A program made the position numbers and the translations under genes. A stretch of 40,000 bases of DNA from the NCBI GenBank assembly GCA_039180345.1, contig JBCDDK010000008.1, forward strand, positions 4,643 through 44,642, read 5' to 3'. This DNA comes from Cyanobacteria bacterium P01_G01_bin.39. Its GTDB lineage: Bacteria; Cyanobacteriota; Cyanobacteriia; Cyanobacteriales; Xenococcaceae. The first letter of the stretch is position 1. Every line of letters starts with the position of its first letter. Below are positions 35,101 to 40,000 of this stretch, in pieces. The notes beneath the pieces are model-generated. The model saw only the letters and a program-made list of their open reading frames with translations. It was not told the origin of the DNA and did no database searches.

Positions 35101-36074
35101 ATTTCGCTCTTAAGATTTAGCTCCTCCATCCAGAAGCTTAAAGAATCCTCAATCGGTTCAGCCGTAAAAGATGCTGCGATCACAATTTTTTGTGTTATTT
35201 GCAGCGAATTTAGCAGTGCCTCTTGACTGGCACGCTCAATTGCTACTCCCTTCAACTCTACTAGGCAATTACCTGCCTCATCCAATAGGTATAAGTCAGC
35301 CAGTAAAATTTTACCTGCCAAATCTGACTCAGGGGAAATTTTGGCATAACTCCAGCAACTAGAGCTAATATCTGGATAGCGATGAACTATCAGCTTCTCT
35401 ATTCCCACTGGTAAATAGGTATCTTCCTTAGTAGCTTCGGGTAAAGCAGCCCACAAAACTTGAAGACAGCTATCTAACAATACTGGATGTAATAAATAGT
35501 TATCTGGTTCAACCAGCTTGCTCAAATCTAACCGAACCTCAGCTAAGGCAGATTTTTCTTGTTGATATAACTTTTCTAATACTTGAAAGCGATCGCCATA
35601 TTGTATATTTCGCTCTCGACAGGTTTGATAAAAATCTGCTATCGATCTGGTTTTAGATTTGGTTAACTCAGCTACTGGATTTACTTGAAAAAACTTTTGC
35701 TGAGATTTGTTAATTATAACTTTTCCTGATGCATATAATGCCTTAGCTGAAGTCTTTCCTTTGTCTTTTCTTAAGCTATAGATATCCCAATCAAATAAAT
35801 TATCTCCCCTTTCCTGAAACTCAATCTGAATAATTTTTACCCCATCTTCTGGCAAAACCAAAGCTTGATGGACAACAAAATCCTCTATACTCAAGTTTTC
35901 CATTTGGAGTAGGGTTTTTCCCTCAGCCAAAACCATTTCTAGATAAGCAGTTGCTGGTATTAAAGCTTGGTTACATACGCGGTGATCAGATAAAAAACCT
36001 GGCGTATCTACTTTAACTTTTATCTGAGATTTAAAAGACATTTCAGCAGAAGAAGACTCTAGTTGTTCAATCAT
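32187..36074 (-). CDS. PKS loading protein: DH - FkbM-family methyltransferase - FkbH-like (HAD-IIIC + acyltransfer) - ACP
   Basis: DH, nt ~35220-36032: H31 in HRVCNQALIP, YGDRF, DSCLQ. MT, nt ~34140-34892: VVDIGANIGLFTL, YSFEPAP, DLLKLDAEKSE. HAD core, nt ~33360-33743: VIVLDCDRTLWNG, FIFIDDNP. Acyltransfer part, nt ~32745-33197: DRFGDYGLVG, LLSCRALGKGIE. ACP, nt ~32310-32522: ELGGTSLL (Ser1220). Its stop shares one base with the next start (TAATG at 32187). Confidence 0.9.
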   Translation of the reverse strand: MIEQLESSSAEMSFKSQIKVKVDTPGFLSDHRVCNQALIPATAYLEMVLAEGKTLLQMENLSIEDFVVHQALVLPEDGVKIIQIEFQERGDNLFDWDIYSLRKDKGKTSAKALYASGKVIINKSQQKFFQVNPVAELTKSKTRSIADFYQTCRERNIQYGDRFQVLEKLYQQEKSALAEVRLDLSKLVEPDNYLLHPVLLDSCLQVLWAALPEATKEDTYLPVGIEKLIVHRYPDISSSCWSYAKISPESDLAGKILLADLYLLDEAGNCLVELKGVAIERASQEALLNSLQITQKIVIAASFTAEPIEDSLSFWMEELNLKSEIEFAPYNQIFQELLNPSSTMSQNRDGVNVILLRLEDWSQDKKQLKPIVDTEQKQAILGNLSTHNLPQGLEVAHLNQYETEYLYQELFVDRVYARHNIVLNDDACVVDIGANIGLFTLFIQQQCPNATIYSFEPAPHAFEKLKSNAALYCQNANLFNCGLSGSDKSETFTFYPNSSVFSGFHADKEDDEQAIRAVILNMLQQVNAGEGAELERLADEFMPGRLEVESFQAQLRTLSSVIEEHNIERIDLLKLDAEKSELPVLQGIKDHHWSIIQQMVVEVHDQEGSIIKQVKQLLQDKGFELIVEEETLLQGSGLYNIYATRPGTSAQVLSSISKENKASLKENIKDLGQALIASAESTATPYLVCLCPASSEVNSDPERSSFYGEMENLLGSYLDQVNGIHLLPVSELTTKYPVLDYYDPRGDKSGSVPYTPEYYTALGTVIARKINVLKTLPYKVIVLDCDRTLWNGICGEDGAEGVTIDPAYKKLQEFMVAQSEAGMLLCLCSKNNEADVWQVFDYHQMPLQRRHLVQWRINWQAKSENIKSLAQELNLGLDSFIFIDDNPLECAEVQANCPQVLTLQLPEQIDKIPNFLEHIWAFDHLQNTAEDKQRTALYQQNVKRESFRQETITFSDFLAGLNLQVNIAPMSVQQLARVAQLTQRTNQFNFTTIRRSETEIQQLLDSGIECLTVKVSDRFGDYGLVGAMLFGVSDKVLKVDTFLLSCRALGKGIEHQMLASLGTIAQDRGLEYIDLAYASTPKNQPALNFLENLAGVVKEKIESSWLFKLPSAIAAELTYNPETAKSVDSTPGVQKPTATVSRGQKQIQTMTRIATELYEPKQILQLIESNKRRVRPLELASQFVAAGNQVEESLVTIWKEVLTIEQIGIQDNFFELGGTSLLMVQILSKLQENYPQISLVDLYQYPTIDALAKYLTQSQGEQKSSSAPGFQDVTDRVRSKKDARKQRRQRRGGKV

Positions 36075-37634
36075 AAATGTTAAGAACTCAAGATTTTTAT
36101 TTCATTCTCTACACCTTATGAAATAAACATACAATAAATAAACTACATGCGTAAAGTATTTTTGTAAATTAATTCCTTCACTCAAAACAGTATTGTCAAT
36201 CTGGCGTTAAGTTTAAGATACGTTTAAAAGTGTGTTGTATTCAACTGTAAGTCTGGCTAGATCTATCCTATGAGCATCTATAATAATCGTAAAACCACGA
36301 AATGTTGATTAATTTACCATTTAGGTGTATTGGTGCAAAAATTAGTTCCTTTAATTGAACGATCTTTCTCATTCCAGACTTCTCTATCTAGTTTGCCTGC
36401 ATGAGGAATGTTGGACGAAACAATAAAATTACCTAAAAATCCCAAGTTTCCGAGTAGTTCCACTTTATTAAATATGAAATAGTTGAGGTGGGGGTTGAGG
36501 ATTCACAAAGGAACTTTTTGGTTTCCCATATATTGAGGAAATACATTTTTCAAGTAGCTATATTTGTTTTGCGTTTTTTTAAGTGGGATACTGATTAATT
36601 TACAGCTGTTATCTATATATATCTATATGTAAATAGCAAATCTATGAATGTTACTAATAGAAATATTTAGAACACTTAAGTCAACCCATTAGTACTGTTT
36701 TGTCAAACTTTTGTTGCGGTATAAATATTGCTTTGAAGATTCTGGAATTATCAGCTAGTGAAAAGCAAAATAAAATTTCCGATGAAGAGGAAGAATATTC
36801 ATTGAAAAATAACATAAATCCTTAGTGTTAAGTAAAACTTGGTCAGAAAAATTTTAAGAATAACGAAGAATAACCTTGACTCTAGATAGCAAAATTATTT
36901 CAAGTATTAAACCTCCTTCAGGAAGCAATATTAAATGTTTCAAAAACAATGCGAATTTGAGTTTGATTATTCCTCCTAACAAATATGTAAATAGATCACA
37001 ATGTCTAATCTATCTATTAATGATGTCTGGGACAACTACATCATACTTCTTTTATAGAGATATAAAACGTTTTGAGGATCTTGGCTTTTTCTTATTTGTT
37101 TATGCTCTTCTATGAGCTGGATATTTTGGCTATTAAATTGTTTATCCTTCAATTCTAAAAATTAAGATTGTTATTCGGCGAGATAAATTTGTAATTTATC
37201 ATGACTATAAATTTTTTCATAGAAAAGAAAATAGTTATACTCAAAATATCAGTAGAGTGACTATAGACCAAAAAATAAGTCACAAAAACAAACAAGTCAC
37301 AGAAGAATATTGTTCTATTGAATCAGGTGTAAAAAGATATAAGTTTGGCGAGCATTTATCCTTACCAGAGAAAAGATGGCTAGTTCAAGAGATCCACAAT
37401 TTCGTCAGAGAAATAGATCCATACAAAACACTGAAGTAACTTTTGTGCAGCATTTACAATAATCATAATTCGAGAAACAATATGAAATCAAAAAACCATA
37501 TTTTAAAGTTTCCATAATTTAGAAGCCTATAAATATTGAAACTAAGAGGGTAATTGACTTTAGGTTTCTAAAGCTTGACTTTTGACTTCGATATGAGGGA
37601 GTGTTGCAATAGGATTCTCTAGTAAACCATAGTC

Positions 37635-39071
37635 ATGACTTTAACTATCTACAATACCCTCACCCGTTGTAAATCAGCGTTTAAAACCATTGAAGAAAAT
37701 AAGGTGCGGATGTATTGCTGTGGCATTACTGTCTATGATTATTGCCATCTGGGTCATGCCAGAACTTGCTTAGTTTGGGATGTGGTGCGCCGCTACTTGC
37801 AGTGGAGTGGTTATGAGGTAAATTACATTCAAAACTTTACCGATATTGATGATAAGATTCTCAACCGCGCTAGACAAGAAGGGACATCAATGGAGGAGGT
37901 TTCCGAGAAATATATTGCTGCTTATTTTGAAGACATGGAACGTTTGGGAGTTGGTCAAGCAGATGCCTATCCCCGCGCTACTCATACCCTTGATGGCATC
38001 AAAAGGTTAGTTTACGAACTTGAACAAAAAGGCTTTGCCTATCCTGCCCAAGGAGATGTTTACTATGCAGTGCAGAAGTTCCCTGAGTATGGCAAGTTAT
38101 CAGGTAGAAAGCTAGAAGAGATGCAGGCTGGTGCTAGTGGTCGAGTTGACTCGGAAGATCCAGAAGCCAATAAGAAACAATATCCTTTTGATTTTGCTCT
38201 CTGGAAAGCGGCAAAAGAAGGTGAACCTGCTTGGGATTCTCCCTGGGGTAACGGTCGTCCTGGCTGGCATATTGAGTGTTCGGCGATGGTGCGGGAAAGA
38301 CTAGGAGAGACAATTGATATTCATGTGGGGGGAGGAGATTTGACTTTTCCTCATCATGAAAATGAGATTGCTCAGTCGGAGGCGGTGACGGGTAAACCAC
38401 TAGCTAATTATTGGCTTCACAATGGCATGATTATTGTGGAAGGAAAAAAGATGTCTAAGTCTTTAGGCAACTTTATTACAATCCGTGAATTGCTAGATAA
38501 ATATGAACCGATGGCAGTACGATTATTTATCTTACAAACTCAGTACCGCAAGCCTGTGGACTTTACTGAGGAAGCCTTGGCTACTGCCACTAATAGCTGG
38601 TCAACTCTCAATGAGGGTTTATTATTTGGTCATCACCATGGAGCAAAATTAGGTTTTTCTGACACCGAATTAATAGATGAATCTTTAGTCAGCAGATTTA
38701 AAACTGCCGTAGATGACGACTTTAATTTTGCAGGTGGTTTAGTAGTACTATTTGAAATTGCCAAAAATTTAACTAAGGCAGGTCATATACTAATACACGA
38801 AGGTAAGATCGCAACTGATGTTCAAGAATTGGAACGGCAATGGCATACTTTAACTAAGTTAGCAGCTATCTTAGGTTTTGAAGCTCAAGCCACAGATTCC
38901 GATACAGATGGTCTAACCGACTCCGAAATTGAAGCTTTGGTGCAGCAGCGTAATCAAGCACGAACTAATAAAGATTATGCCACAAGCGATCGCATAAGAG
39001 ATGAATTACAGGCTCAAGGCGTTACTTTAATTGACAAACCAGGAGGAATTACGATCTGGAATCGTAGTTAG
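37635..39071 (+). CDS. cysS: cysteine--tRNA ligase
   Basis: CGITVYDYCHLGHAR carries the HIGH-type HLGH motif. GWHIECSAM and KMSKSLGN are present. Both the 478 aa length and the C-terminal DALR-like tail are typical of CysRS. Confidence 0.95.
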   Translation: MTLTIYNTLTRCKSAFKTIEENKVRMYCCGITVYDYCHLGHARTCLVWDVVRRYLQWSGYEVNYIQNFTDIDDKILNRARQEGTSMEEVSEKYIAAYFEDMERLGVGQADAYPRATHTLDGIKRLVYELEQKGFAYPAQGDVYYAVQKFPEYGKLSGRKLEEMQAGASGRVDSEDPEANKKQYPFDFALWKAAKEGEPAWDSPWGNGRPGWHIECSAMVRERLGETIDIHVGGGDLTFPHHENEIAQSEAVTGKPLANYWLHNGMIIVEGKKMSKSLGNFITIRELLDKYEPMAVRLFILQTQYRKPVDFTEEALATATNSWSTLNEGLLFGHHHGAKLGFSDTELIDESLVSRFKTAVDDDFNFAGGLVVLFEIAKNLTKAGHILIHEGKIATDVQELERQWHTLTKLAAILGFEAQATDSDTDGLTDSEIEALVQQRNQARTNKDYATSDRIRDELQAQGVTLIDKPGGITIWNRS

Positions 39072-39093
39072 TTTTTGATTATTGATCTGTTTT

Positions 39094-39756
39094 TTAACTA
39101 CCATCAACCTGGCGGTTAACAATCACAATTTTCCATTTTCCTAGTTGACTAGCTTGAAAAGCCACCTGACTTCCATCACCATTGATCGTCGGTGCTTTGA
39201 CCGAACCTCTGACATTTACGGTTAATAACTCTGATTTTTGTCGCTGGCGATCATACACAAATATATCTGTTTTACCTCGTTCAGCAGAAACATAGGCGAT
39301 GTAGCGTCCATCGGCACTTAATGCAGGCTGATCTTGAGTAGAATCACGGCGATTAAGGTTGGGTAAGGAAACTAAGCGTTTTGCTTGCAAATCATACAGA
39401 AAGATATCTCGCTGATTACGACGGTCTGAGGCAAAAGCGAGATAATTTCCATCTGAACTGTATGTCGGATACTCTTCGATCGAGTTACTGTTGATACCTC
39501 CAGGAATAATTTCAGGCTGGGTTAACAAATTACCGCTACAGCCGCTAACAATAAACAGCAGTATAGTCCAACTTAAGATACTGTTGAGGGACAAAAAATT
39601 AAGTTGAAAGATTGAGGTGATCAAATGGATGGGTTGAGCGCACTCATTATACTTATCCTTAGCGTTATTTGAGATGGTGAGGTATATAAGGTATTGGGTT
39701 AGCTGAGTCTTATCTCCTCCATCTCTACCTTCTTCGCTACTTGTGCCTTTAACCAT
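39094..39756 (-). CDS. TolB-like PD40/WD40 beta-propeller repeat lipoprotein (start uncertain)
   Basis: PD40-type repeats YPTYSSDGNYLAFASDRRNQRDIFLYD, PALSADGRYIAYVSAERGKTDIFVYD and APTINGDGSQVAF. A lipobox-like IVSGC places Cys at aa 73 of the ORF-track protein. The first roughly 44 aa look non-native, so the true start may be an alternative codon such as TTG at 39622-39624. Confidence 0.7.
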   Translation of the reverse strand: MVKGTSSEEGRDGGDKTQLTQYLIYLTISNNAKDKYNECAQPIHLITSIFQLNFLSLNSILSWTILLFIVSGCSGNLLTQPEIIPGGINSNSIEEYPTYSSDGNYLAFASDRRNQRDIFLYDLQAKRLVSLPNLNRRDSTQDQPALSADGRYIAYVSAERGKTDIFVYDRQRQKSELLTVNVRGSVKAPTINGDGSQVAFQASQLGKWKIVIVNRQVDGS

Positions 39757-40000
39757 CCTTAGAATTTATTACAACATATTCTAACTTAAAGTAATCAAAG
39801 TGTTAGCTTTTGCCAAGCTACCAATCGTATTTTACAGGCTACTTTAAGACTCGGATTTACAACAAACATTACCTTAATACCAAAAGTCGACGTCAAAATC
39901 TATTGTTTTAGAGTTATTATCTGTGGCTGCATAGTATAAAAATTGTAGTCAAATTAAATGTTTTATTAGTCAATCTTTAGATTTGCAATAAGTCTTGATC

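Noticed and set aside
36876-37115. A 79 aa ORF (TTG start) in the AT-rich gap.
   Set aside because: It has low-complexity Asn/Ile/Lys/Phe-rich composition driven by AT content, no RBS, a non-ATG start and no recognisable motif. It is most likely non-coding.
37257-37439. A 60 aa ORF (GTG start; ...KRYKFGEHLSLPEKRWLVQEIHNFVREIDPYK) upstream of cysS.
   Set aside because: Its composition is less biased than its neighbour's, so a small protein is not excluded. However, there is no clear SD, the start is not ATG and I recognise no family, so I cannot support it as a feature.
37554-37587. Three TTGACT hexamers upstream of cysS, considered as -35 boxes or a T-box/leader element.
   Set aside because: I could not pair any of them with a credible -10 hexamer at 16-18 nt spacing. 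I saw no specifier-loop or T-box-like conserved sequence.
39625-39756. N-terminal 44 aa of the ORF-track TolB-like protein (MVKGTSSEEGRDGGDK...).
   Set aside because: This segment precedes the hydrophobic signal/lipobox segment and has no signal-peptide logic, so it is probably an upstream in-frame extension. The true start is likely an internal alternative codon, so only the repeat-bearing body is trusted.

Overview
The window looks cyanobacterial. By eye, the HIP1 octamer GCGATCGC occurs about twenty times and intergenic DNA is AT-rich. It holds three blocks. (1) 158-22039, all on the + strand: a roughly 22 kb glycan (EPS/O-antigen-like) locus. It has about nine glycosyltransferases (GT4-like, GT2, GT8 and a diverged paralog pair), one clear and one degenerate sulfotransferase, a polysaccharide pyruvyl transferase and two SAM methyltransferases. 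It also has a Wzy-like polymerase, a secreted tandem beta-helix (GH55-like) protein and a VanZ-LamG membrane protein. I read this as a Wzy-type locus for a sulfated, pyruvylated, O-methylated polysaccharide. No Wzx, Wza, Wzc or priming transferase lies in the window. Three short tandem-repeat arrays sit in its longest intergenic gaps. (2) 22086-36074, all on the - strand: a compact five-gene hybrid PKS/NRPS operon with the domain string DH-MT-FkbH-ACP | KS-AT-KR-ACP | docking-C | Asp/Glu racemase | A-PCP-TE. This is the most interesting system in the window. It combines a glycerate-primed loading module whose FkbM-type methyltransferase appears nested inside the FkbH region, a single malonate extension, and an A domain whose hand-derived specificity residues (DARHLSLMVK) resemble the microcystin D-Asp/D-Glu type. 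I cannot match it to a characterised pathway. (3) A 1.56 kb AT-rich non-coding gap, then cysS (+) and a TolB-like PD40-repeat lipoprotein (-). I recognised no tRNA, rRNA, CRISPR array, transposase or integrase.
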